A stretch of DNA of 64,000 nucleotides, taken from the NCBI GenBank assembly GCA_013388645.1, contig JACAEV010000140.1, positions 9,700 through 73,699 of the forward strand, read 5' to 3'. A model generated the notes under the pieces. That model was not told where the DNA came from. It searched no databases and saw only the letters and a list, made by a program, of their open reading frames with translations. Shown here piece after piece: positions 1 to 8,768 of the stretch. The stretch's first letter is position 1; every line of letters starts with the position of its first letter. The position numbers were made by a program, and so were the translations under genes. This DNA is from Syntrophaceae bacterium (GTDB taxonomy: Bacteria; Desulfobacterota; BSN033; UBA1163).

Positions 1-15
1 CAGAGAGTTCTATCC

Positions 16-2049
16 ATGACGAAGACAAGAGGCGATTCCTTCCTAAGAAAAGGCTACGGGTTACTCATAGCAATGGTCTCTTCGAGCAGGGCATCCAGTG
101 CCTTTTTCATCTGCCTGTTGGTCGTCGTGCTGGTCTACCGGATTCAACTTACGATTGGTTTGTTTAGCCATCCGGTCAAACCCTTTGATTTTAATCCAAC
201 AGATCACTCCCTCGGAATCATGCTTGCTTCTTTGGCCTATGATCTCTCTCTTGTCTTGGTCTGTTTCTTACTGTGTTGGCTCCTCTCTCAAATGACCAAT
301 TTGACGAAACGGAATGCCCTCTCTCCTGTTTTAACAATTTCAGGAGTTTTCTTTTTACATATTGTTTTATTGATCCTTATTCTCATCCATGGAGTTCATG
401 GCCGCCTGCTGTTTGACGTTCAGACAGGGTTTGATATGTCCGCGGTTAAAGAAGCCTTTTCAGGTATTTCATTGGTTGAAACCATTCAACTCATTGAGAT
501 AAGTGATTATGCATTTCTCCTCCTTCCCTTTGGACTTTTTTGGATGGTTTTTCTATTCCCACTTGGTTTAAGGGTTTGGATGGCGGGCGTTTCAATGGCC
601 TTGGTCATCTTTTTATTGTTGATTTCTTTGCTTGCAACTCACGACGGAGGCAAACCGATTCCTGCAGAAATACGCCTGAATCCAACACTTTTCCTCCTCT
701 ACGATGTGGCAGAAAATATTTTTTTCCATCCGTCTGTTAAAGCCCGAGAGGCCAGTATGCTTGGAGGAAATAGAGCGGGGGTCCGGCTCTCTCGCTCTAT
801 GGAATATCATCCACTGAGACCGAAAAAAAACCTGCCCGTTGAAAAAACGCATCCATGGAATATCCTCTTTTTTGTCATGGAATCCGTAGGGTCCCGATAT
901 ATCTTTCATGCGGGGGAGGGCCATCCTCTGCCCATGCCATTTCTACATCAGATTTCTAAAGGGGGCTGGTTTTTAAAGAATCACTACACGACATCGAATG
1001 TGAGCACCAAGGCCATTTTTTCTTTATTCAGTGGGGTTTATGATTTTTTTAAACGTGAGAATTTCGGCACTCGTGTGGATGCCGAGATTCCCGCTCTCTA
1101 TAATTGGGTCGGAGAGAGATATGATCGTTTTTTGGTCACCCCTTCTTCCATCTCCTGGTACTTTCCAACCCAGTTTATCAAAAATAGTGGTCTTCAGGAA
1201 ATACATAGTTATGAAAATCTGAAATTTAAAATCAAGGAAGAATTTCATTCCTTGGGCCATTATATTGCAAGAGATGAAGTTCAGACAGTCGATTTCTTTA
1301 TCCAACGATTGACCAAAGCGAGGGAGCCTTTCTTAGGAATCTATATCAGCTTTGTTGCCCATTTCCCCTATTTTGACTATGGCGAGGAATACCGGATCAT
1401 GCACGAGGAGGGACGTCTGATCAGTCGATATTATAATAATTTGAATCTACTGGATCATATGGTGAAGCGTGTGGTGGATCACCTAAAAACACAGGGGCTG
1501 TTGGAGCGTACCATATTGGTCATCGTGGGGGATCACGGACAGGCCTTTGGCCAGCACCATTCTAATAATTTTATGCATTATCGATACAGCTATAATGAAA
1601 ACCTTGAGACTCCAGCGATCTTTTATCAACCGGCGCTTTTTAAGCCTAAGGCATTTGAGTTTCCTACCAGTCATGTGGATATTTTGCCCACCCTCCTTGA
1701 TGCCATGGGCATTCCTTATCCTCCCGAGGTCTTTGATGGAGAATCCCTTTTTCGTGATCCGTTGAAAAAAAGATCTATTTATTTTTATGGTTATGAAGAA
1801 TCCATTTCTTCATTGGACTCGAGTCTTATCAAGGTTCAATACTCGTTAAAAAAAAATAGATGCTGGGTCTATGATTTAAAACGTGATCCCGATGAGAAAA
1901 CCCCTCTCGATTGCTCTCACTACCCGCTTCACGTGGAGGCCCTTCATCAGTTTGTCAGCGGCCACGATGAGCATCTCTTGAAATATAATGTAGGTTTGAA
2001 AGAGAAAAGAAAAATGTCTGGGATTCAATCTCCTGTTATCATCGAATAG
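16..2049 (+). CDS. Membrane-anchored sulfatase/alkaline-phosphatase superfamily protein (LtaS / phosphoglycerol- or phosphoethanolamine-transferase-like)
   Basis: N-terminal ~220 aa is multi-pass hydrophobic; C-terminal domain carries sulfatase-family motifs (VMESVGSRY, VIVGDHGQAFGQHH). The ORF is open to position 1, so the 5' end may be truncated by the window. Confidence 0.6.
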   Translation: MTKTRGDSFLRKGYGLLIAMVSSSRASSAFFICLLVVVLVYRIQLTIGLFSHPVKPFDFNPTDHSLGIMLASLAYDLSLVLVCFLLCWLLSQMTNLTKRNALSPVLTISGVFFLHIVLLILILIHGVHGRLLFDVQTGFDMSAVKEAFSGISLVETIQLIEISDYAFLLLPFGLFWMVFLFPLGLRVWMAGVSMALVIFLLLISLLATHDGGKPIPAEIRLNPTLFLLYDVAENIFFHPSVKAREASMLGGNRAGVRLSRSMEYHPLRPKKNLPVEKTHPWNILFFVMESVGSRYIFHAGEGHPLPMPFLHQISKGGWFLKNHYTTSNVSTKAIFSLFSGVYDFFKRENFGTRVDAEIPALYNWVGERYDRFLVTPSSISWYFPTQFIKNSGLQEIHSYENLKFKIKEEFHSLGHYIARDEVQTVDFFIQRLTKAREPFLGIYISFVAHFPYFDYGEEYRIMHEEGRLISRYYNNLNLLDHMVKRVVDHLKTQGLLERTILVIVGDHGQAFGQHHSNNFMHYRYSYNENLETPAIFYQPALFKPKAFEFPTSHVDILPTLLDAMGIPYPPEVFDGESLFRDPLKKRSIYFYGYEESISSLDSSLIKVQYSLKKNRCWVYDLKRDPDEKTPLDCSHYPLHVEALHQFVSGHDEHLLKYNVGLKEKRKMSGIQSPVIIE

Positions 2050-2099
2050 CCTTAGAATGTTTAAGGTCTTCACCATTGGAGTGTAAAAGGAGAGATAAG

Positions 2100-2576
2100 A
2101 TGTTGGAACTGAACGAGACGATCAAAGAGCATTTCCGCAACCCCAAAAATGTAGGTGAGATTGAGAATCCGGAAGGGATGGGGACGATTGATAACCCAGT
2201 GTGTGGGGATACTACCAAACTCTATCTCAGAATTAAAAATGGAGTCGTTGAAGAGGCTAAATTTCTCTCATTCGGCTGTGCCGTGACCATTGCCTCTGCC
2301 TCGGTATTTACTGAGAAGATCAAAGGTAAAGAAATTTCAAAACTCTTTTTGGGAACGGATGACGAAATCGTCCAGCGTCTGGTGGGTTTGATTGAGAATG
2401 AATTGGGGGAGATTCCTGCTGTGAAACTTCATTGTCCGCCTGCCACCGTTCAAGTGTTTCTTAATGCGATCCGTGGATATTTGGAAAAAGAAGGAAGGAT
2501 TGATTTGAGTTCAAGAGCCAGACGTTTGATTCCTAAAATATCGGAATACTACAAAAGAGGCGAGGAGAAAGATTGA
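2100..2576 (+). CDS. NifU/IscU-like Fe-S cluster assembly scaffold protein
   Basis: NPxCGD motif (IDNPVCGDTTKLYL) and GCAVTIASAS motif typical of the IscU/NifU N-terminal domain. Start moved to ATG 2100, which follows RBS AAAGGAGAG and is in frame with track ORF 2076..2576. Confidence 0.7.
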   Translation: MLELNETIKEHFRNPKNVGEIENPEGMGTIDNPVCGDTTKLYLRIKNGVVEEAKFLSFGCAVTIASASVFTEKIKGKEISKLFLGTDDEIVQRLVGLIENELGEIPAVKLHCPPATVQVFLNAIRGYLEKEGRIDLSSRARRLIPKISEYYKRGEEKD

Positions 2577-2580
2577 GGAG

Positions 2581-2892
2581 ATGCTCAATACTACCTATTG
2601 GGCAAAAGAGAGAGATCTGACCACCATAAAGAAAACGATTGAAAATTCATTGTGTTTTTCATTATTCCATCATGATAGACAGATTGGCTTTGGGCGAGTG
2701 ATCAGTGATTTTGCAACATACGCCATGTTCTTTGATATCATCATCGAAGGAAGCTTCAGGGAATCATCCATCCAAGGCCTAAGGCAGGTACTATGGACTT
2801 CGTTTGCGGAGGGGTTATATAGAAAATACGGCTTTAGGTCAATAAGCGAAAAGCCAATCGTGATGTTCAAGAATTTCCCGTTATCAACATAA
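2581..2892 (+). CDS. Small GNAT-like N-acetyltransferase domain protein (tentative)
   Basis: 103-aa ORF translationally coupled to the scaffold gene. The GFGRVISDFATYAMFFDI core resembles an acetyl-CoA-binding GNAT motif; the assignment is weak. Confidence 0.35.
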   Translation: MLNTTYWAKERDLTTIKKTIENSLCFSLFHHDRQIGFGRVISDFATYAMFFDIIIEGSFRESSIQGLRQVLWTSFAEGLYRKYGFRSISEKPIVMFKNFPLST

Positions 2893-2927
2893 AATGTAAA
2901 ATGGGTGATTCTACTTTTTCACCTTTT

Positions 2928-3106
2928 CATTTCCCATCTCTCAGTTTCTGGATTTCTTTCTGGACGTCTTTCCACATATGGCCGTGAAGTGTGAGGGTCA
3001 ACTTGCAGATGGGACAGGTCAAGAGGGCACCTTCGAACAAATCCTCAACAGAATATTCTGTTTTTCGGCCACAAACGGGACAACTGAAGGGTAATTTCTG
3101 CTCCAT
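2928..3106 (-). CDS. Small zinc-ribbon protein (59 aa; CPVCG...CPICK)
   Basis: Hand translation of the minus strand gives MEQKLPFSCPVCGRKTEYSVEDLFEGALLTCPICKLTLTLHGHMWKDVQKEIQKLRDGK. It is below the ORF-track size cut-off and lies downstream of, and co-oriented with, the radical SAM gene 3227..4396. Confidence 0.45.
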
Positions 3107-3226
3107 TTAATTTTGACTATGTAAATAGATGAAGGCTGGCATTTCGAATGCGGACATCGTTACCTTCTGACGATACGTACATCGGTACCGTTGCCGTTAG
3201 ACTATACCCTCCTTTTTTATGTATTT

Positions 3227-4396
3227 CTATCCCCAGATCCCGGGGATGGGTTTCCCACAATATCGACACTTTCCCTCCTTCAAGTGGATCTCTCCCACCA
3301 TATAACCTGTCCGTTGAATGATCATTTTCTTGCATTTTGGGCAGAAAGTGTTCTCGGCTGCATGTCCTGGAATATTTCCGATATAAACGTACTCGAGACC
3401 GGCGGATAAAGCGGCCTCTCGGGCCTTCTCTAAGGTCGAAACGGGTGTTGGGGGAAGAGTCTTAAGTTTGTACAAGGGATAGAATCGAGAGAAATGGATG
3501 GGCGTATCTGAACCCAATTCTTTTTTGATCCAGGTACACATTTCTTTTAGCACTGACATCTCATCATTTTTGGTGGGGATGATGAGGGTGGTGATCTCCA
3601 GGTGGACGTTCTCTTGTTTCAGCGTTTTCAGTGTTTCAAGCACTGGATGGAGTTCTCCGCCACACAATTCACGATAAAAACTCTCCGTAAATCCCTTTAA
3701 ATCAATATTGGCGGCATCCAACACTTTGCAGAGGTTTTTGAGGGGAGCTGGATTGATAAAACCATTGGAGTGGGTGACGTTGAGAAGACCTGCTTTCTTC
3801 ACGAGTAAACTGATATCTGACATATATTCATAGAAGATCATTGGCTCCACATAAGTGTAAGCCACTGACCGGGCTCCGATCTCTTTTGCTCTGCTCACGA
3901 TCAATTCTGGTGGGACGTCATAGCTATATACATCCTCTGGGGAGGCCTGGGAGATCTCCCAATTCTGACAGAACTTACATTGGAAGTTACACCCTGCAGT
4001 GGCGAGCGAAAAGGAGGTCGTTCCAGGAAGGACATGGAAGAAAGGTTTCTTTTCAACCGGATCTAAATGAACCGCACAAGGATTTCCGTAAACTAAGCTA
4101 TAGTATTTACCATCCCGATTTTCCCGTACCCGACAAATACCTCTTTTCCCTTTAGCAACGCGGCACCGATGTGGGCATAGTTCACACTGAATCTCCCCGC
4201 CTTCCAATGGAGTGTAATAGGGCGAGAGTTTTGTCTTGATCAGCCCCTTTTTGGCCATTTGGGCATGGGAGAATGTCGCAAGGCTCGATAAAGAAACCGA
4301 GGAAAGGACACAAAGACTGGCCCCACAGAGACGCAAAAATTCCCGTTTTGTGAGGAGAGGAATGGAAGTAATTGGATCGGCTTGCCATTTGTCCAT
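3227..4396 (-). CDS. Radical SAM enzyme, PflX/AmmeMemoRadiSam-like (PFL-activase-related), with Tat-type signal peptide
   Basis: CNFQCKFCQNWEISQ CxxxCxxC radical SAM motif and an N-terminal CELCPHRCRVAKGKRGICRV Cys motif. The C-terminus has CPKCK...CRYCG. The N-terminus (TKREFLRLCGASLCVLSSVSLSSLATFSHA) looks like a KR-variant twin-arginine signal. Confidence 0.75.
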   Translation of the reverse strand: MDKWQADPITSIPLLTKREFLRLCGASLCVLSSVSLSSLATFSHAQMAKKGLIKTKLSPYYTPLEGGEIQCELCPHRCRVAKGKRGICRVRENRDGKYYSLVYGNPCAVHLDPVEKKPFFHVLPGTTSFSLATAGCNFQCKFCQNWEISQASPEDVYSYDVPPELIVSRAKEIGARSVAYTYVEPMIFYEYMSDISLLVKKAGLLNVTHSNGFINPAPLKNLCKVLDAANIDLKGFTESFYRELCGGELHPVLETLKTLKQENVHLEITTLIIPTKNDEMSVLKEMCTWIKKELGSDTPIHFSRFYPLYKLKTLPPTPVSTLEKAREAALSAGLEYVYIGNIPGHAAENTFCPKCKKMIIQRTGYMVGEIHLKEGKCRYCGKPIPGIWG

Positions 4397-4489
4397 GGTA
4401 ATAAATTATAAAAGAATCCATTCCGTAGTCAATCTTTTTCAGATTTTTGATGCTTCACAATTAAGATAGGTTTTTATATAATATTTTTA

Positions 4490-5545
4490 ATGGAAATTAC
4501 ACGTCGAGGTTTTATTAAACATTCTTTTCTTCTTGGGAGTTCATTTCTTTTCTCTTCTTCCCCCGTTTATTCAGCGGTGAAGAAAGAAGTAAAATGGATT
4601 CCAGCCTATGAAAAATTGGAAATGGATGGGAAATTGGCTCAAAGGGTGAAGCAAGCCTATGCCATATTTGAAAATTGTCACCTCTGCCCCAAAAAGTGTG
4701 GGGTCAATCGTCAAAAGGGGGAAAAGGGGTTCTGCAAAGCTCCATTGAAACCGGTCATTTTCAGCTATCATCCTCACTTCGGCGAAGAGAGGGCTTTAGT
4801 TGGGGGAAAGGGTTCTGGAACTATATTCTTTTCCAACTGCAACCTTCGCTGTATCTTCTGCCAGAACTGGCCTATTTCTCATGAGGGAAGAGGGAAAGAA
4901 ATTCAAGATGAAGATCTGGCTGACGTGATGCTAAAACTCCAGAGCATGGGATGTCATAATATCAACCTTGTCACCCCTACCCATGTCATGCCCAATATCT
5001 TGAATGCCACGCGAATGGCCCTGAAGAAGGGCCTTCATATCCCTTTGGTTTACAATACCAGTGGCTATGAACGTTTAGAGATCGTGAAACTTTTGGAGGG
5101 GATTGTTGATCTCTATTTACCGGATTTGAAATATATGGATTCGGATAAGGCAGCGAAGTATTCAGCCGGGGCTTCTGATTATCCTGAAGTGGCAAAAAAA
5201 GCAATTCTTGAGATGAACCGGCAGGTAGGCGTTCTCCAATTGGATAAAGAGGGAATTGCGATTCGTGGTTTGATGATCCGACACTTGGTCATGCCCAACC
5301 GAGTGGCTGGGACAGAGAAATTCGTCAAATGGGTAGCTGAAGCCCTCCCGAAAAATACTTACGTCAATATCATGGCTCAATATCGTGTAGAGTATAAAGC
5401 TTATGATTATCCAGAGATTGCTCGTGGAATTACCGTTCAGGAATTTATGGAGGCAATGGATTGGGCTGAAAAATATGGATTGACCAACCTCGACCCTCAA
5501 TCAGTAGCACTCAAGAATTTTTATCACCAACGCCGATCAAACTAA
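4490..5545 (+). CDS. Radical SAM enzyme, PflX-like (paralogue of 3227..4396), with canonical Tat signal peptide
   Basis: MEITRRGFIKHSFLLGSSFLFSSSPVYSA is an RRxFIK twin-arginine motif followed by a hydrophobic core and an AxA-like site. CNLRCIFCQNWPISH radical SAM motif. CHLCPKKCGVNRQKGEKGFCK N-terminal Cys motif. Divergent from 3227..4396 across a shared AT-rich promoter region. Confidence 0.75.
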   Translation: MEITRRGFIKHSFLLGSSFLFSSSPVYSAVKKEVKWIPAYEKLEMDGKLAQRVKQAYAIFENCHLCPKKCGVNRQKGEKGFCKAPLKPVIFSYHPHFGEERALVGGKGSGTIFFSNCNLRCIFCQNWPISHEGRGKEIQDEDLADVMLKLQSMGCHNINLVTPTHVMPNILNATRMALKKGLHIPLVYNTSGYERLEIVKLLEGIVDLYLPDLKYMDSDKAAKYSAGASDYPEVAKKAILEMNRQVGVLQLDKEGIAIRGLMIRHLVMPNRVAGTEKFVKWVAEALPKNTYVNIMAQYRVEYKAYDYPEIARGITVQEFMEAMDWAEKYGLTNLDPQSVALKNFYHQRRSN

Positions 5546-5978
5546 ACCCGTATGGAAATATCGGATTAAATACAATAAACCCCCTGAGAGAGGCTGGGCT
5601 TTTAAACCTGAGCTCGGTGATCGATAAGGATCTAAAACTTTCTATATTAACTATCCCCGGTTTAAATACTGGGGCTTTTTAATTGGATCAATTGCGATCA
5701 AACTGGGTTAAAATGCGAGGATTATTAGCACATTAATCCATTCGATTTTATTTGGTATTTTAAATTGGCAATAAGATGCGAATAAAAACCTCTCAAATAT
5801 AAGTTTTCGTTCTATTCTCACCCGTATAACCAAAATCCAGTTTATTTGTAACCAAATAATTTCATTAATATTTTTAGCTAACCTTTTTGAATAAGGACCC
5901 AAGAATTGTGGTATTAAAATTGCTCTATTTTAACCAAAAACCATTAATAAGTCGTTGACTGAGGGAAGGTTGATTCAA

Positions 5979-6119
5979 ATGTGGCAAAACTGGATCATTG
6001 GTTTATTAGGAACTTGGTTAATCGTTGCGTCTTTTATTATCGATGGGAATCTTATTAATCAATTAGTTGTTGGGATTGCTGTTGCCATTTTAGGTTTTTG
6101 GAAAGCTATTCAAGGTTAA
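5979..6119 (+). CDS. 46-aa hydrophobic two-helix membrane peptide (MWQNWIIGLLGTWLIVASFIIDGNLINQLVVGIAVAILGFWKAIQG)
   Basis: ATG is preceded by GAGGGAAGG. The stop lies 19 nt before the radical SAM gene 6139, whose own RBS TAAGGAGG follows, consistent with translational coupling. The peptide is Gly/Trp-rich with two predicted TM helices and is not in the ORF track (<60 aa). Confidence 0.35.
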   Translation: MWQNWIIGLLGTWLIVASFIIDGNLINQLVVGIAVAILGFWKAIQG

Positions 6120-6138
6120 TTGATAAGGAGGATGCGAA

Positions 6139-7560
6139 ATGAACTTTTCAGAACAAATCAAAGATCTTACCGGTCAACAGGTTTCCAGGATGATTGTTGA
6201 ACTTTTAAGTAGGGTTTCTGATGAGCGGTTGATTCAATTGACTTATTTAGGAGAAAAATTGACATCTGATTATGAGATTTTAGGGGCCATCAAAGGCGTC
6301 AGAAATATGCTTGAAACTCCAGGACATCCTTCAAAAAAATTGTTCAGAGAGGTTCTGGAGTATCTCCCCCCCAAAAATCGAACCATTGTCTTTAATACTC
6401 TCTTTCACAACGCCTGGTTTATGGGAAATAGAAAAAGGGATCAATTTGAAAAGGAGCATGGATTTCGACCTCCCTTTGTCATGATTCTTAGCCCCACCTG
6501 GCAATGTAATTTGAGATGCGCGGGTTGCTATACTCTCGGTTACCAGAGATATCCCGGGCTTCCTTATGATCTAATTAAACGTATTTTGAGAGAATGTATG
6601 GATATTGGTCTTCACTTTATTACTGTCCTGGGAGGGGAACCCTTTATGTATCCTCATCTCTTTCAAATGATCGAAGATCACCCACAGATCTTTTTCCAGG
6701 TTTATACCAATGGGACATTGATGACCAGGGAGAAGGCAGAAAGGATCAGAGATTTAGGAAATGCCATGGTGGTCGTGAGCTGCGAAGGCTATGAGGAAGA
6801 GACGGATAAATGGAGAGGCCCTGGAGTCTATAAAAAGATCATGGAGGCAATGGATCATCTTCGTGAGGCACACGTCCTTTTTGGTTCTTCAGCAACCGTC
6901 ACCAAGGATAATGTGCAGGTCGTCTCCTCTGAAAAGTGGGTGGACCATCTTTTGAAGAAGGGGATTATCGCCCAGAATTATTTTCTTTATATCCCTGTAA
7001 ATGGACAAGGGGATATCAATCTCATGGTCACTCCGGAGCAACGAGACCATCTCCGGAAACAGGTCATTAAATTCAGAAGAACCAAACCGATGTTTATCCT
7101 TGATTTTTGGAATGATGGGCCTCATGTCCGTGGATGTATTGCCGGAGGGAGGAGATACTTTCATATTAATGCGAATGGAGATGTCGAGCCTTGTGTTTAT
7201 ACCCACGTGGCCATGGACAATATTAAGAATGTTTCTTTAGCGGAGGCACTCGATAGCCCTCTCTTCAGGGCCATTCGAAGGAGACAGCCCCATAATGAGA
7301 ATCATCTCAGGCCCTGCATGATCATCGACAATCCTGAACGACTGAGAGAAATTATTGAGGAGACCCATCCTTATTTTACACACCCCGGGGCAGAGGAAGT
7401 TGTGACCACCATGAAAGAGGAGATGGATGCCTATGCTGCAAGATTTGCAGTCTATGCAGATAAGGTCTGGAGAGAAGAGTATCTCAAGCCATCGACTATT
7501 TCAACGAGTTGCGCTTCCTCCAGCATCGGAGTTTCCATGGCGATGAAATCCGGCTCGTAA
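6139..7560 (+). CDS. Radical SAM domain protein with C-terminal auxiliary Cys cluster (HpnH-related/SPASM-like family), ~115-aa N-terminal extension
   Basis: WQCNLRCAGCY CxxxCxxC motif in a context (FVMILSPTWQCNLRCAGC, ITVLGGEPF) resembling adenosylhopane synthase HpnH. C-terminal GCIAGG...VEPCVYTH...RPCMIID Cys residues. Confidence 0.65.
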   Translation: MNFSEQIKDLTGQQVSRMIVELLSRVSDERLIQLTYLGEKLTSDYEILGAIKGVRNMLETPGHPSKKLFREVLEYLPPKNRTIVFNTLFHNAWFMGNRKRDQFEKEHGFRPPFVMILSPTWQCNLRCAGCYTLGYQRYPGLPYDLIKRILRECMDIGLHFITVLGGEPFMYPHLFQMIEDHPQIFFQVYTNGTLMTREKAERIRDLGNAMVVVSCEGYEEETDKWRGPGVYKKIMEAMDHLREAHVLFGSSATVTKDNVQVVSSEKWVDHLLKKGIIAQNYFLYIPVNGQGDINLMVTPEQRDHLRKQVIKFRRTKPMFILDFWNDGPHVRGCIAGGRRYFHINANGDVEPCVYTHVAMDNIKNVSLAEALDSPLFRAIRRRQPHNENHLRPCMIIDNPERLREIIEETHPYFTHPGAEEVVTTMKEEMDAYAARFAVYADKVWREEYLKPSTISTSCASSSIGVSMAMKSGS

Positions 7561-7806
7561 TTACCAAGGAGTCCATAATTGAAAAGACATATCGTTCTGA
7601 AAATCTCCCCTTTTGCCAAAGAGGGGTAATTCCTCCCTTTGCAAAAGGGAGGGGAGGAGGGATTTGGTCTTCAATGTCCATACAATTATGGACTGATTAG
7701 TATATCTTCTCAGCTTTGGGTCTTCTGATTGCGTTGGCATTCCTTTAACTCCCTGTCACTCCATTGACAACATCAATTTTTTTGTTATATTGAAGCGACA
7801 TTTTAG

Positions 7807-8427
7807 GTGTTGAAGATGAACTCTTATAAGAGTTTTAAAGAACTGAGCCGACATGAAGTGGACGGCAAAGACTATCGAACCAGGATTCAATTGAGAGATC
7901 CGCGCGTTCTGATCATGGCGCCTCATGGGGGAAAGATTGAGCCCGCTACAGAGATCATTGCTGAAGCGATTGCGGGTGAGGATTACTCCTTTTATAGCTT
8001 CGAAGGTTTGAAGGAAGATAGTCAAAAGCTTCATATCGAGAGCCATCTTTTTGATGAACCCAAGGCGCTCAAAGCCGTTGAAAAGGCTGATGTGGTGGTG
8101 ACCGTCCACGGACAGATTGATCAGAAAAAAGAGTTTGTGATGGTAGGAGGGCTCCATGACAGCTTAAGATTAGAGATCATACGGCAATTAGAGACGGCAG
8201 GTTTTCAAACCCGAACACCCACCGAAGGGCTGATGGGCACGGACCCACAGAATATCTGTAATCGAGGAAAATCAAAGCAGGGAGTCCAGTTAGAGGTCAG
8301 TCGAAAGGTTCGTGATTTGCTTAGAGCAAATAAGAATGAACTTCAAAAGTTTGTTAATGCGGTGCGAAAAGCGATTCAGATCTATTTAATTAGCGAGAAC
8401 TTCAATGCATCAATTTCCTGTGAGTGA
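7807..8427 (+). CDS. Poly-gamma-glutamate hydrolase family protein (YjqB/PghP-like, UPF0714)
   Basis: RVLIMAPHGGKIEPATEIIAEAIAGEDYSFYSFEGL and VTVHGQ motifs match the YjqB/PghP zinc-hydrolase family. Confidence 0.55.
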   Translation: MLKMNSYKSFKELSRHEVDGKDYRTRIQLRDPRVLIMAPHGGKIEPATEIIAEAIAGEDYSFYSFEGLKEDSQKLHIESHLFDEPKALKAVEKADVVVTVHGQIDQKKEFVMVGGLHDSLRLEIIRQLETAGFQTRTPTEGLMGTDPQNICNRGKSKQGVQLEVSRKVRDLLRANKNELQKFVNAVRKAIQIYLISENFNASISCE

Positions 8428-8761
8428 AGAGAAGAATAAGTGGCTTCAAGATAAGATGGAGACCCTCGGTATCCACGAAAAGGATATGGAAGAGCGATTC
8501 GTCCGATCCTCCGGCAGCGGTGGACAGAAGGTGAACAAGACCTCTACCTGTGTCTATCTCAAACATATTCCAACAGGAATTGAAATAAAATGCATGGAAG
8601 AAAGAAGTCAATCTCTCAATCGGTTTCTTGCCAGACGCGAACTGGTGAGAAGGATCGAAAAGTTGTCAGGGAAGTTGACCTCTGAAGAGATAAAGATTGA
8701 AAAGATAAAGCGGCAAAAGTTAAAAAGAAGGAAAAGGGCAAGGCAGAAATATTCGCTATAG
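8405..8761 (+). CDS. arfB: ArfB-like peptidyl-tRNA hydrolase (class I release-factor GGQ domain with basic C-terminal tail)
   Basis: SSGSGGQKVNKTSTCVYLKH GGQ motif. C-terminal tail EKIKRQKLKRRKRARQKY is Lys/Arg-rich like the ArfB ribosome-binding tail. Overlaps the upstream gene by 23 nt. Confidence 0.6.
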   Translation: MHQFPVSEEKNKWLQDKMETLGIHEKDMEERFVRSSGSGGQKVNKTSTCVYLKHIPTGIEIKCMEERSQSLNRFLARRELVRRIEKLSGKLTSEEIKIEKIKRQKLKRRKRARQKYSL

Positions 8762-8768
8762 GTCAAGG

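Noticed and set aside
613-924. Numerous 60-110-aa track ORFs lying antisense to or inside large genes (e.g. 613..924 -, 9562..9834 -, 12626..13048 +, 47279..47842 +, 53334..53612 -)
   Set aside because: They overlap well-supported genes on the opposite strand or in another frame. They lack RBSs and have low-complexity, unconserved-looking translations. They are most likely chance ORFs.
3227-5545. AmmeMemoRadiSam system assignment for the two radical SAM genes
   Set aside because: The enzymes resemble that family and PflX. No AMMECR1-domain or Memo-like gene is adjacent or elsewhere in the window, so I use only the generic PflX-like call.
5708-5902. 64-aa minus-strand ORF in the long AT-rich intergenic region
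   Set aside because: Its composition is Ile/Asn/Lys-rich as expected from AT-rich non-coding DNA, and it has no RBS or recognisable motif.
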